Origin: Kiritimatiellales bacterium
Lineage (GTDB): Bacteria; Verrucomicrobiota; Kiritimatiellia; Kiritimatiellales; Tichowtungiaceae
Reading direction: 5' to 3'
NCBI GenBank assembly: GCA_037141075.1
Contig: JBAXDG010000001.1
Location: 1,811-65,810, forward strand
DNA: 64,000 bases
The translations under genes were made by a program, and so were the position numbers. Positions 1 through 12,667 of the stretch are shown one piece after another. The notes under the pieces were generated by a model. It was not told where the DNA came from. It did no database searches and worked only from the letters and a program-made list of their open reading frames with translations. Positions within the stretch are counted from its first letter, which is position 1. The number at the start of each line of letters is the position of its first letter.

Positions 1-111
1 ATTTATATGCTTACCTATCAGGTTCGTCCGAAGTCGAAAAATGAGCCGGTTTATCAGCTCTGGTCTGATATTATCGAAAAAGCAACTCTTTCCCCGAATC
101 CACACCGATGA
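1..111 (+). CDS. 3' end of an unidentified CDS entering from the left edge
   Basis: Frame 1 is open from base 1 to TGA at 109-111 (IYMLTYQVRPKSKNEPVYQLWSDIIEKATLSPNPHR*); too short to assign. Confidence 0.3.
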   Translation: MYMLTYQVRPKSKNEPVYQLWSDIIEKATLSPNPHR

Positions 112-120
112 CAACCATGT

Positions 121-1211
121 GGAAAAGGTGTCAGTCCTATTATTTTCGCATTTTAGCTTGAGCGAGGTTGTCTGCGTGTCGTAGAACTTGCGCATGGGAA
201 GAGCACCGAGGATTGAATTTGAGGGAGCGTTTTATCATGTGATGTGTCGTGGGAACCGGCAGGAGCCGGTTTTCCGTGATTCCCAAGATAACGAACGGTT
301 TCTGGACACATTGAAAGAAGCGTGCAATCGCACCGGGTGGCAGGTGCATGCGTTCTGTTTGATGGGTAATCATTATCACCTGCTGGTGGAAACTCCGCAC
401 GCCGGTCTGGTGGACGGGATGCGCTGGTTGCAGGGAACCTATACCCGACGGTTTAATATCCGCCACAAGGTTTGGGGACACCTGTTTCAAAGCCGCTACA
501 AAGCGCTGCTGGTGGATACGGAGGAGGATTACTTTCTGACGGTCAGCAACTACATCCATCTGAATCCGGCGAGGGCAAAGTGCTTTGATTTGGAAAATGG
601 AAAGCTAACGGACTATCTCTGGAGCAGCTATGCGAGCTATTTACATCCGGCCAGAAGGCCGGACTGGCTGAAGGTTGCGCGTACGCTGGGTGCTCTTGGG
701 CTTTTGGATGATACGTCGGGACGGGCGAAGTACCGCCGGTATATGCAGAAACGGGTTTTGGAGATTGCTGGCAGTGACCGGCCGCAGGAAGCCGATGAGC
801 GCTGGAGTAAAATCCGCAGGGGCTGGTGTTTCGGGAGCGATCCATTCCGTGACCGGATGGTCGGGTCGCTTGATGGCGTGATGAAAGGGAAACGGCGAGA
901 CTCGTTTTGCGGAGAGGAAACCACCCAGCACGATACGCTCGACGCGCAACGGCTTTTCGACCGATCCCTCAAAAGGCTGAAGTTGAATACGGTCGGTCTG
1001 GAAAAGCTTAAAAAAAGCGATCCGCGCAAAAAAGCAATCGCATGGGTGATTCGGAAAAACACCCATGTCAGGAACGAATGGATCGCCCAGCAGGTTCAAA
1101 TGGGATGCGTATCAAACATGTCGCAGTATGTACGGGAGGTCGAGACGGCCCAGGAGGGATGTCTGTGCGAGCTGAAAGAAATGCTAAAATAATAGGACTG
1201 ACACTTTTTCC
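121..1211 (+). mobile_element. RAYT/Y1-HUH transposase element bounded by 33-bp terminal inverted repeats
   Basis: 121-153 GGAAAAGGTGTCAGTCCTATTATTTTCGCATTT is the reverse complement (31/33) of 1179-1211 AAATGCTAAAATAATAGGACTGACACTTTTTCC. The right repeat overlaps the transposase stop. No target-site duplication seen. Confidence 0.7.
194..1192 (+). CDS. REP-associated tyrosine transposase (Y1_Tnp/RAYT family) with C-terminal HTH-like extension
   Basis: YHVMCRGN, HUH motif NHYHLL, GHLFQSRYK and YIHLNP are typical of the family; ATG at 194. Confidence 0.9.
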   Translation: MGRAPRIEFEGAFYHVMCRGNRQEPVFRDSQDNERFLDTLKEACNRTGWQVHAFCLMGNHYHLLVETPHAGLVDGMRWLQGTYTRRFNIRHKVWGHLFQSRYKALLVDTEEDYFLTVSNYIHLNPARAKCFDLENGKLTDYLWSSYASYLHPARRPDWLKVARTLGALGLLDDTSGRAKYRRYMQKRVLEIAGSDRPQEADERWSKIRRGWCFGSDPFRDRMVGSLDGVMKGKRRDSFCGEETTQHDTLDAQRLFDRSLKRLKLNTVGLEKLKKSDPRKKAIAWVIRKNTHVRNEWIAQQVQMGCVSNMSQYVREVETAQEGCLCELKEMLK

Positions 1212-1392
1212 GGCGGCGTTGCTGGCGGACGACCAGTATAAAAACGGGCTGATCAATTTTTCCACGATGCTCGATTCCCAGCGCGCCCAATTGGCATTTG
1301 AAGCGCAACTCGTACAGAGCCAAAGCGCCATCACACAGAACCTGATTCAGCTCTATAAAGCCCTCGGCGGCGGCTGGCAACCGATGGAGTAA
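1212..1392 (+). pseudogene. Headless C-terminal fragment of a NodT/OprM-type RND outer-membrane efflux protein
   Basis: Reads AALLADDQYKNGLINFSTMLDSQRAQLAFEAQLVQSQSAITQNLIQLYKALGGGW, the family's C-terminal signature. It begins right at the transposase right IR and no N-terminal part is in the window. Confidence 0.75.
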
Positions 1393-1414
1393 TCCGTTTT
1401 TCAACCATTGGAAA

Positions 1415-4633
<3,219 letters not shown>

Positions 4634-4641
4634 AGGTACCT

Positions 4642-5088
4642 CTGAAATATGAAAGATGAAGTATGAAATATGAAAATAGTATTTATTGTCCCTTAGATTT
4701 TTTCACCCAAGACACCATGATGGAAATCAGCTCGTCGCATTCTTTCCACAACTCACCGATTTTACCGCTGTTTACATTGCAACCTTCAGTCAGCAGTTCG
4801 AGCCAGAGCTGTGTTTCGTCTGCTTCCTGAAGGCATTGTTCAAGTTTTGAAATAAATTCCGCCGTGCTTCGTGCCCGGTAAGCCTCTCTGAAATTGGCGG
4901 CAATTGATGTTCCTGAGCGGAGCATCTGTTTGCCGCAAACCTGTACCGAGGCCTCTTTTGAAAGGGCCGCGTATAAATGAATAATTTCTACAGCAAAAGC
5001 CTTTGTCCGTTTCCGGAAGTCATAGTTTTCGCTGTTTTCGTTCACATTCATACCGCTTTCATCTTTCATAGTTCATCATTCATCTTTC
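4642..5088. repeat. Complementary heptamer repeat arms flanking four-helix-bundle gene A
   Basis: 4642-4676 CTGAAAT ATGAAAG ATGAAGT ATGAAAT ATGAAAA; 5056-5088 CTTTCAT CTTTCAT AGTTCAT CATTCAT CTTTC. Confidence 0.85.
4683..5069 (-). CDS. Four helix bundle protein (23S-IVS-protein/Avd-like superfamily), copy A
   Basis: [13 protein letters not shown]...[30 protein letters not shown]...[12 protein letters not shown]. Start uncertain because the repeat arm contains several ATGs. Confidence 0.85.
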   Translation of the reverse strand: MKDESGMNVNENSENYDFRKRTKAFAVEIIHLYAALSKEASVQVCGKQMLRSGTSIAANFREAYRARSTAEFISKLEQCLQEADETQLWLELLTEGCNVNSGKIGELWKECDELISIMVSWVKKSKGQ

Positions 5089-5093
5089 CGTCC

Positions 5094-6638
5094 CTACTCC
5101 CATTCGATGGTGGAAGGCGGTTTTGACGAAATATCGTAGACGACGCGGTTGACGCCTTTGACTTCGTTGATAATGCGGTTGGAAATGCTGTCGAGCACCT
5201 CGTAAGGCAGTTTGAACCAGTCGGCCGTCATGCCGTCGAGGCTTTGAACGGCGCGCACCGCGACGACGTTTTCGTAGGTGCGGTCGTCGCCCATGACACC
5301 GACGGTCTGGATCGGGAGCAGCACGGCGAAGTACTGCCAGACGTCGAGATGGTTTGGCATTTTCAGAATTTCTTCACGAACACGCAGGTCGGCTAGCTGG
5401 AGCAGATCGACGCGTTCCTGTGTGATATCGCCGAGGATGCGTACGGCGAGGCCGGGGCCGGGGAAGGGCTGGCGATCGACGACGTAACTCGGCAGGCCAA
5501 GCTCGCGGCCGACGGCGCGCACTTCATCTTTGAAGAGTTCGCGGAGCGGTTCAATCAGATCAAACTTCAGATCGGCGGGCAGTCCGCCGACATTGTGATG
5601 ACTCTTGATGGTGGCCGACGGCCCGCCGATCGGCGAAACGCTTTCGATGACGTCGGGATAGAGCGTGCCTTGTGCAAGATATTTCACTTTACCGACTTCG
5701 CGCGCTTTTTCGGCGAAGACATCGATAAAGGTTTTGCCGATGATTTTACGTTTCTTCTCCGGATCGGTGACGCCGGCCAGCGCATCGAGGAAAATGTCCT
5801 GCGCATGCGCCGTATGCAGGTCGATGCCGAAGGCTTTGCCGAAAAGCTCTTCGACTTCTCGTGCTTCGTTATAGCGGAGCAGTCCGTTGTCGACGAAGAC
5901 GCAGTGAAGCTGCGGGCCGATCGCTTTATGGAGCAGGGCGGCCACGACGGAAGAATCCACACCGCCGCTCAGTCCGAGCAGAACGTGATCGCTGCCGACC
6001 TTAGCGCGGATGGCACTAATGTTGTCTTCAATAAATTTGCTCATCTTCCAGTCGCCGGAGCAGCCGCAGACTTTATAGGCAAAATTGCCGAGCATCTGCG
6101 CGCCCTGCGGGGTATGGACGACTTCGGGATGAAACTGCACGCCGTAAATTTTCTTCGCGGTGTTCTGCATGGCGGCGAAAGGACAGTTGTCGGATTCGGC
6201 GACGGCTTCAAATCCGGCGGGAATCGCTTCGACTTTATCGCCGTGGCTCATCCAGACCTGAAGATTTTTATCCAGTCCTTGGAAAAGCGGGCATTCTTTG
6301 GTGACCTGCATCATCGCTTTGCCATATTCGCGTTTGGTGCCGCGGTGCACTTTGCCGCCGAGCGTCTGGGCGGTCATCTGCATGCCGTAGCAGATTCCAA
6401 GGATCGGAATGCCGAGTTCGAAAATCGCGGGATCGCACAGCGGCGAACCTTGATCGGTTACGCTGGCTGGGCCGCCGGAAAGAATAATGCCTTTCGGGGC
6501 ACGCTTGGCGAGGTCGGCGGCTTTGGTGTCAAAGCGGATGATTTCGCAGTACACCTTCTGTTCGCGGATGCGGCGGGCGATCAGCTGCGTCACCTGCGAG
6601 CCGTAATCTAAAATAGCAATCCATTCACTGTGTTTCAT
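5094..6638 (-). CDS. guaA: GMP synthase (glutamine-hydrolysing)
   Basis: [46 protein letters not shown]-terminal KPPSTIEWE. Confidence 0.98.
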   Translation of the reverse strand: MKHSEWIAILDYGSQVTQLIARRIREQKVYCEIIRFDTKAADLAKRAPKGIILSGGPASVTDQGSPLCDPAIFELGIPILGICYGMQMTAQTLGGKVHRGTKREYGKAMMQVTKECPLFQGLDKNLQVWMSHGDKVEAIPAGFEAVAESDNCPFAAMQNTAKKIYGVQFHPEVVHTPQGAQMLGNFAYKVCGCSGDWKMSKFIEDNISAIRAKVGSDHVLLGLSGGVDSSVVAALLHKAIGPQLHCVFVDNGLLRYNEAREVEELFGKAFGIDLHTAHAQDIFLDALAGVTDPEKKRKIIGKTFIDVFAEKAREVGKVKYLAQGTLYPDVIESVSPIGGPSATIKSHHNVGGLPADLKFDLIEPLRELFKDEVRAVGRELGLPSYVVDRQPFPGPGLAVRILGDITQERVDLLQLADLRVREEILKMPNHLDVWQYFAVLLPIQTVGVMGDDRTYENVVAVRAVQSLDGMTADWFKLPYEVLDSISNRIINEVKGVNRVVYDISSKPPSTIEWE

Positions 6639-7738
6639 GATTTCTTCCCTTTTTCCATCAGCGCAATGAACTCCTCAAAAAGATAGTAGGGGTCATGCGG
6701 TCCGGGGCAGGCTTCCGGATGGTACTGCACGCAGAACACCGGCAGTGTTTTATGACGCAGGCCGGCGACGGTGTTGTCGTTGAGATTGATGTGGCTGACT
6801 TCGGCGATTTTCGGATCGACGGTGGCCGGGTCAACGCAGAACCCGTGGTTGTGCGAAGCGATTTCCACTTTGCCGGTACGCAGATCCTGAATCGGCTGGT
6901 TGGCGCCGCGGTGGCCGAATTTCAGTTTATAGGTTGTTGCACCAAACGCCTGGCCGAGCATCTGGTGGCCGAAGCAGATTCCAAAGGTTGGAAGTTTGGA
7001 TTCGATCAGCTCTTTGACGGTTGCGACAATCTGCGGAACGCCAGCCGGATCGCCGGGGCCGTTAGAGAGGAAGAGACCGTCGGGCTTGCAGGCCAGAATT
7101 TCTTTGGCCGAGGCGGTATTGGGAAACACGCGGCATTCGCAACCGAGCTGGTCGAAGATACGAAGCTGGTTGGTTTTGATGCCGCAGTCGATCACGGCAA
7201 CGCGGAAGCGGGCGTTCTTTTTTCCACCTTCCGGATAAACATACGGTTTCTGTGCGCTGACTTCGGTGGAAAGGTCGCGTCCGACGAGCCCGGCGGAGTC
7301 CTTCGCCTTTTTGACGAGGCTCTTGCAGTCGAGATCTTCGGTCGAGATGACGCACTTCATGGCGCCTTTGTCACGGATATGGATGGTGACGGCGCGTGTG
7401 TCGATCTGATCCACGCCGACCACGCCGGCTTTTTCAAGGTATTCGGGCAGGCTCATGGTGGAGCGCCAGTTGCTGGCGATGCGGCTGCACTCGCTCACCA
7501 CCAGCCCTTTGGCAAAAACGGCGCGCGATTCGACGTCTTCAGGATTCACGCCGTAGTTGCCGATGAGCGGGTAGGTCATGGTGACGATCTGTCCATTATA
7601 GGAAGGATCGGTCAGGATTTCCTGATAACCGGTCATCGAGGTGTTGAACACCAGTTCGCCGTAGAATTCGCCGGAGCCGGCGAAGGCCCGTCCGGTGAAA
7701 CAGGTGCCGTCTTCGAGTGCAATGATTGCTTTTTTCAT
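6635..7738 (-). CDS. carA: Carbamoyl-phosphate synthase small subunit
   Basis: Start placed at [11 protein letters not shown] (7738); [41 protein letters not shown]. Confidence 0.97.
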   Translation of the reverse strand: MKKAIIALEDGTCFTGRAFAGSGEFYGELVFNTSMTGYQEILTDPSYNGQIVTMTYPLIGNYGVNPEDVESRAVFAKGLVVSECSRIASNWRSTMSLPEYLEKAGVVGVDQIDTRAVTIHIRDKGAMKCVISTEDLDCKSLVKKAKDSAGLVGRDLSTEVSAQKPYVYPEGGKKNARFRVAVIDCGIKTNQLRIFDQLGCECRVFPNTASAKEILACKPDGLFLSNGPGDPAGVPQIVATVKELIESKLPTFGICFGHQMLGQAFGATTYKLKFGHRGANQPIQDLRTGKVEIASHNHGFCVDPATVDPKIAEVSHINLNDNTVAGLRHKTLPVFCVQYHPEACPGPHDPYYLFEEFIALMEKGKKS

Positions 7739-7928
7739 TTTATGTCCGCTGAAAAGTCCCGTTTTTTTTCCAAAATTCCGGCCATAATCACAATCCAACC
7801 CGTGGCTTGCAACCCTTTTCCTGCTCCGCAGGGGGGATATTTTTCGGGGGCTTGACTGCGCCCGCCCCGCCGCATACACTGCCCCCCTGTTTTTATAGAA
7901 AAATGTGCAATTAACCGGAGCAAATTGA

Positions 7929-8642
7929 ATGAACAAAGCCAAAACTGAAACCACCCCGGCGACCGAAAAAACCAAGGCGCGGGAAGTCCTTTTCTTCGAA
8001 CTCGAATATGTCGCCGTCAACGGACGCCAGCTGATGTTTGATGTGCTTAAACAGGTGATGAAGAGCAAAGATATCGAAGTAACCCCGGCGCTATTTGCCC
8101 GTTACGGACTCACCTCCCGGCCCGGCAAAGCCATTCAGGCGATGATTGAAGCTTCCGGACGCAACCTGACGACCGGCGACCAGCTCACGGAACAGGCTGA
8201 AAATCTGCTGGCCAAAGCCTTTGCGGATAAAGCCGTGCTGGTCAAAGAACTTCCGGCGCTCATCAAAGCGGCCAAGGAACGGAACATTCAGGCGGTGGCC
8301 CTTTCGGCCTGGCCGGAAGCCGTTGCCAAAGAGCTGATGAAGAAAACCGGACTGGATGAAATGGGCGTTGATCTGGTTGCGATGGACAGCGTGGATCCGA
8401 TTTTCCCGCGCGCAGACCACTGGCTGCGTATCCTGAAACAGCGCGGACAGGAAGAGACTCCGGCGATCGCCATCGTCGCTTCCCGTGCCGCCTGTAAGGG
8501 CGCGCTGACGGCTGGCGCCACCTGCATCGCGTTGCCGGATGCCTACACCGCGTTCGAAGATTTCACCGGCGCCAAAGTGGTGCTTGATACGCTCGGCGAC
8601 CTGTCGGCCAAGGAACTGTTTGATCTGGTCAGCCGCCGGTAA
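7929..8642 (+). CDS. HAD-superfamily-like protein with degenerate catalytic motifs
   Basis: Layout resembles HAD subfamily I (cap domain, C-terminal GALTAGATCIALPDAYTAFEDFTGAKVVL), but motif I reads FFELEY and motif IV reads IVASR. Confidence 0.6.
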   Translation: MNKAKTETTPATEKTKAREVLFFELEYVAVNGRQLMFDVLKQVMKSKDIEVTPALFARYGLTSRPGKAIQAMIEASGRNLTTGDQLTEQAENLLAKAFADKAVLVKELPALIKAAKERNIQAVALSAWPEAVAKELMKKTGLDEMGVDLVAMDSVDPIFPRADHWLRILKQRGQEETPAIAIVASRAACKGALTAGATCIALPDAYTAFEDFTGAKVVLDTLGDLSAKELFDLVSRR

Positions 8643-8664
8643 CACGGACTCCCGGAGTCTGAAG

Positions 8665-8692
8665 AAAAGGCTGAACCGCGGTTCAGCCTTTT
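8665..8692. terminator. Intrinsic terminator-like perfect 28-bp palindrome
   Basis: AAAAGGCTGAACCG|CGGTTCAGCCTTTT followed by further T's, just after the HAD-like gene. Confidence 0.7.
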
Positions 8693-8709
8693 TGTTTTAA
8701 GGAGTGGGT

Positions 8710-9501
8710 ATGAAAGAAACATCGGCGGAACGTCTGCTTGGAATTATGCGCAAACTGCGCGGTCCGGACGGCTGTCCGTGGGATCGCGAACAGACGCTCG
8801 ACTCGCTCAAATCCAATCTCATCGAAGAAACCTACGAAGTCATCGACGCCATCGAAGGCGGCGACCGCGACGAACTGCGCGGCGAGCTGGGCGACCTGCT
8901 GCTTCAGGTGGTCTTTCAGGCGCAGATTTGCGATGAAGCCGGTGAATTTAATTTTGACGATGTCGTCAACGGAATCGCCGACAAACTTGTCCGGCGTCAT
9001 CCGCACGTTTTTGGCGATGTTAAGGCCGACACCTCCGGCGAGGTGCTGCGCAACTGGGAGAAAATTAAAAAAACCGAGAAGGATGCGGAAACGCCGCGTT
9101 CGCTGGTGGAAGGCATCCCGCGGCATCTGCCTGCGCTGGCCAAGGCGAATCTGGTGCAGAAACGTGTCGCCCGCGCCGGCTTCGAGTGGGACGAAATCAG
9201 CGGGGTGGTGGACAAGCTCGATGAGGAACTGGCCGAAGTCAAAGAAGCCATGGCGCAGAAAGATGCTGCCGCCATCCGTGAAGAGCTGGGCGATCTGATG
9301 TTTTCGGTTGTGAACCTCAGCCGCTATCTCGGCCACGAGCCGGAGGAGCTGCTCAACGAAAACATCGCCAAATTTATGCGCCGTTTCCAATCTCTGGAAA
9401 ACCGCCTGCACGCCGAAGGGCTTGAACTGGAAAACTGCTCCCTTGAAGAGCTTGAGGCGGTCTGGAAGGCGGTTAAAGTTGATGAGCGAAAAAAGACCTG
9501 A
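8710..9501 (+). CDS. mazG: Nucleoside triphosphate pyrophosphohydrolase MazG
   Basis: LRGPDGCPWDREQT, EETYEVIDAI, ELGDLLLQVVF, KLVRRHPHVFG and a second EELGDLMF domain. Confidence 0.95.
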   Translation: MKETSAERLLGIMRKLRGPDGCPWDREQTLDSLKSNLIEETYEVIDAIEGGDRDELRGELGDLLLQVVFQAQICDEAGEFNFDDVVNGIADKLVRRHPHVFGDVKADTSGEVLRNWEKIKKTEKDAETPRSLVEGIPRHLPALAKANLVQKRVARAGFEWDEISGVVDKLDEELAEVKEAMAQKDAAAIREELGDLMFSVVNLSRYLGHEPEELLNENIAKFMRRFQSLENRLHAEGLELENCSLEELEAVWKAVKVDERKKT

Positions 9502-9545
9502 AAACAGGCTTTGTAATTAGAATTAGATTTGGCAGTATGCGCGGC

Positions 9546-10214
9546 ATGAGCGACATAACTCCGCAAGAGCTTAAGAAGAGAATCCTGATTGTTGATGATC
9601 ACGCGTTCGTCCGGCAGGGGTTGCGTGACTTCATCGAACGCGAGCCGGATCTTTGTGTTTGTGGCGAAACGTCCACTCGGGCGGAGGCGCTTCAGATTTG
9701 CGTAAAAACAAATCCGCATCTGGTCGTGATCGATCTGTCGCTGGGAGAAGATTCAGGGCTCGATCTGGTTAAAGACATTGCGGTGCAGTTTCCCGAAATA
9801 AGAATGCTGGTGCTCTCTATGCAGGACGAAATGCTCTATGCCGAGCGTGTTCTGCGGGCCGGAGCTTCCGGTTTTGTCAGTAAAAACACACCTCCGGGCA
9901 GTTTGATTGAAGCCATATCCTGCGTGCTTGGCGGCGGGGTTCATGCCAGTGAAGCCGTTAAGCAAAAAATTATGCAGACGGTGCGGCATCCCGAACCGGA
10001 AGGCGACCCGGTTCTCCGGCTCAGCGATCGCGAACTGGCCGTTTTCGAACAGATCGGCAAAGGAAAGAGCACCGCGGATATTGCCACGGCCATGCACGTG
10101 AGCATCAAAACGGTCGAAACCTATCGTGCGCGCATTAAGTCGAAGCTCGGTGTGCACGGCTCATCCGAACTGGTTCAGCGGTCCGTGCAATGGATTTTAG
10201 ACAAAAATGGATGA
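9546..10214 (+). CDS. NarL/LuxR-family response regulator
   Basis: REC domain (IVDDH, DLSL) plus LuxR HTH LSDRELAVF...SIKTVETYRARIKSKL. Confidence 0.93.
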   Translation: MSDITPQELKKRILIVDDHAFVRQGLRDFIEREPDLCVCGETSTRAEALQICVKTNPHLVVIDLSLGEDSGLDLVKDIAVQFPEIRMLVLSMQDEMLYAERVLRAGASGFVSKNTPPGSLIEAISCVLGGGVHASEAVKQKIMQTVRHPEPEGDPVLRLSDRELAVFEQIGKGKSTADIATAMHVSIKTVETYRARIKSKLGVHGSSELVQRSVQWILDKNG

Positions 10215-10346
10215 CCTCCATTTTGTTGAAATCCTGTAATACAAATCCCCTCAATAATTTCGGGCGATGCCCCGACGTGCGGTATTCCTGAAAAGCAGTA
10301 AACTTCCCTCTAATTCTAAAAGAAAATTCCAATTGGGAAGAGAACA

Positions 10347-11333
10347 ATGAAAACCGTCTGGTTCTGGATATCAACTTTTACGATCGCACTGATAATTTTT
10401 GCCGGGTTGTGCTGGCTCGATACGCGTTCAGGCCCGACGCTTCACAGCGCCGCAGCGATCGGAAATGTTAAGCTCATCAAAAAACAACTGGCTGGCGGAT
10501 CTGACATTAATGCGCTGGACAAAGAAGGCTTTACTCCGCTGATGCGCGCTGTGCTGACCGGACAGCTGGCTGGCATGGAACTGCTGCTGGCTTCGGGCGC
10601 GGATATCAACCGTGCGGGGCAGAATGGCAACACCGCGCTGCACTTCGCCGCGATGCAGAAAGATCCGTCCGCGGCCGAACGGCTGATCGCTGCCGGCGCT
10701 GATTTCCAACTGCGCAACAATGACAAAGCCGCGCCGCTTTGTCTTGCCGTACAGGCCAACAATCCGGTGGTTGGAAAGCTGGTTGCCGCCGGGGCTCTCA
10801 CGGATGACCGCTCGTGCGCCGATGAAAATTGTCTTTTCTGCGCCGCCCGCGTCGGCAACATCACCATGCTTGAGATCCTGATCAAGCGCGGACAGGATTT
10901 GAACCTTCGTTCAAAAACAGGTGCCAGCGCGTTGCACTATGCCGTCACCCAGAAGCACGTGGAAGTCGTCCATCTGCTACTCGACCGGGGCGCGAACGTC
11001 AATCTTCAGGATCGGTACGGCTTAACACCGCTACTCTACGCGGTGCGCGGCAACCAGCTTGAGGTGGTCAAACTGCTGCTCAAGCATGGAGCGAATATGG
11101 AGCTTCCCGACAATCAGGAGCGCACCCCGTTGCTGATGACCGCGCAGCTTGGCTTTGTAGAAATCTTTGAACTACTGGTGCGCAGCGGCGCGAATATTGA
11201 TGCCAAGCTTTCTTCAGGGGAAACGGCCATCGAACTGGCCGGCGCCAATCATCGCGACGGAATTGTGGCCTTTCTGGCCAATTATCGCCGTGAACTTGAG
11301 ACCCGCCGCCTGAACTCTACTGTGCAGTTTTGA
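10347..11333 (+). CDS. Ankyrin-repeat protein with N-terminal membrane anchor
   Basis: Repeated G.TPL..A / ADIN motifs (GFTPLMRA, GNTALHFA, GLTPLLYA) after a hydrophobic N-terminus. Confidence 0.9.
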   Translation: MKTVWFWISTFTIALIIFAGLCWLDTRSGPTLHSAAAIGNVKLIKKQLAGGSDINALDKEGFTPLMRAVLTGQLAGMELLLASGADINRAGQNGNTALHFAAMQKDPSAAERLIAAGADFQLRNNDKAAPLCLAVQANNPVVGKLVAAGALTDDRSCADENCLFCAARVGNITMLEILIKRGQDLNLRSKTGASALHYAVTQKHVEVVHLLLDRGANVNLQDRYGLTPLLYAVRGNQLEVVKLLLKHGANMELPDNQERTPLLMTAQLGFVEIFELLVRSGANIDAKLSSGETAIELAGANHRDGIVAFLANYRRELETRRLNSTVQF

Positions 11334-11395
11334 CCTGTCGTTGCGGGCGAAATGCGTTTGACCTCGTATTTGAAACCCCGCACAATCCCCGCCCA

Positions 11396-12217
11396 ATGAT
11401 ACAGGAAAACACCACCGTAGTTGAACATCACGTCTTTCAGGGCGACTATCGCCTGCTCAGACTTTCTTCTCCCGCCATTGGTCCGCTCGTGCGGCCGGGG
11501 CAGTTTGTCCATCTGCGTGTACCGCGCCTCGCCGACGCCGTTTTGCGGCGGCCTTTCAGCGTTTTTAAAGCCGATGCCGAAGGCCTTTCCATTCTCTACA
11601 AATCCGTTGGTAAAGGCACCGCCGCGATGTGCTCCGTGCGCGAAGGCGAAACCGTTAATCTGATCGGTCCGCTGGGCAACGGGTTCCCGCCGATTCACTC
11701 TGCGAGCACGATGACACCTGTACTTGTTGCAGGCGGCTACGGCAACGCCGCGCTTTATCTGCAGGCGGCCAAACTGCCGGTCAAGGGCGTTGCCTTCTTC
11801 GGCGGGCGAAGTGCGGGGGATGTTCTCTGTGTCGACGAATTCAAAGCGCTCGGCTGGGATGTGCGCATCACCACCGACGACGGCTCGCTCGGACAGAAGG
11901 GGCTCGTCACGGTTGCGCTCGACTCGTGGCTGGCGGAGCAAGATGCAGGGGGCAGGGAGCAGGGAGCAGGGGGACAACGTTTCCAAGGATTGGAAATTTT
12001 CGCCTGTGGTCCCAACGCCATGCTCAAAGCGGTCGGCGATCGCGCTGTTCAAAATGGAATAACCGCCTGGCTTTCCATGGATCGCAACATGGCCTGCGGC
12101 GTCGGTGCCTGCCTCGCCTGCGTCATCAAACGCAAAACCGCTGACGGCTGGGAATGGGTGCGATGCTGCAAGACCGGCCCGGTTTTTAAAGCGCGGGAGA
12201 TTCTCTGGGATGAATAG
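11396..12217 (+). CDS. pyrK: Dihydroorotate dehydrogenase electron transfer subunit
   Basis: PGQFVHL, LRRPFS, GPLGNGF, ACGPNAML, MACGVGACLAC; two genes upstream of pyrD. Confidence 0.93.
   Translation: MIQENTTVVEHHVFQGDYRLLRLSSPAIGPLVRPGQFVHLRVPRLADAVLRRPFSVFKADAEGLSILYKSVGKGTAAMCSVREGETVNLIGPLGNGFPPIHSASTMTPVLVAGGYGNAALYLQAAKLPVKGVAFFGGRSAGDVLCVDEFKALGWDVRITTDDGSLGQKGLVTVALDSWLAEQDAGGREQGAGGQRFQGLEIFACGPNAMLKAVGDRAVQNGITAWLSMDRNMACGVGACLACVIKRKTADGWEWVRCCKTGPVFKAREILWDE
11946..11973 (+). repeat. Heptamer tandem repeat inside pyrK
   Basis: CAGGGGG CAGGGAG CAGGGAG CAGGGGG, translated as AGGREQGAGG; same family as the arms of cassette B. Confidence 0.8.
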
Positions 12218-12667
12218 GCAGGGAGCATGGGGCGTGGAGCTTGGAGAAAACATGGCACAATTTAGATTCCAAAACCTCGAAATATGGCAACGTGCCATTG
12301 AGATCGCCGATCAGCTCTTGAATGTTGCCGATGAGATGGATGTTCGTAAATTTTACCGGTTCTCCGATCAGTTGCGCGGGGCGGCTCTCAGCATTTCAAA
12401 CAATATTTCAGAAGGTGCCGGAGCGGCTTCAAAGAAAGAATTTGCTCAGTTTTTAAATTTTGCCAAACGCTCCTGTTTTGAAAATGCCAACATGCTGATT
12501 CTTTTTGCAAAAAGAGGGCTGATCAGTACAGAGTTAAGAGACCGTCAACTCGCAGAACTCGAAGCGGAGAGTAAAATGATAGAGGCATTTAGAAAAAGCC
12601 TGTTGGGAGGGGTTTCGTGATGGTAATGGTATCTCATGACTCCACGCTCCCGGCTCCCGGCTCCCGG
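12217..12667. repeat. Complementary heptamer repeat arms flanking four-helix-bundle gene B
   Basis: 12220-12246 AGGGAGC ATGGGGC GTGGAGC TTGGAG; 12639-12666 ACTCCAC GCTCCCG GCTCCCG GCTCCCG. Confidence 0.8.
12252..12620 (+). CDS. Four helix bundle protein, copy B
   Basis: FRFQNLEIWQRAI...DQLRGAALSISNNISEGAG..SKKEFAQFLNFAKRSCFE, the IVS-protein-type pattern. Confidence 0.9.
   Translation: MAQFRFQNLEIWQRAIEIADQLLNVADEMDVRKFYRFSDQLRGAALSISNNISEGAGAASKKEFAQFLNFAKRSCFENANMLILFAKRGLISTELRDRQLAELEAESKMIEAFRKSLLGGVS

Noticed and set aside
1042-1392. 116-aa ORF as an intact gene
   Set aside because: Its first half overlaps the transposase in another frame and crosses the IR; only the part after 1211 resembles a real protein.
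7739-8068. Long N-terminal extension of carA and a pyrimidine attenuator or riboswitch
   Set aside because: The extension overlaps the divergent gene and homology begins at 7738; no recognisable PyrR or riboswitch structure.
10327-10341. TTCCAATTGGGAAG as a copy of the palindrome
   Set aside because: Half-site spacing does not fit 6-3-6, so it was not counted.
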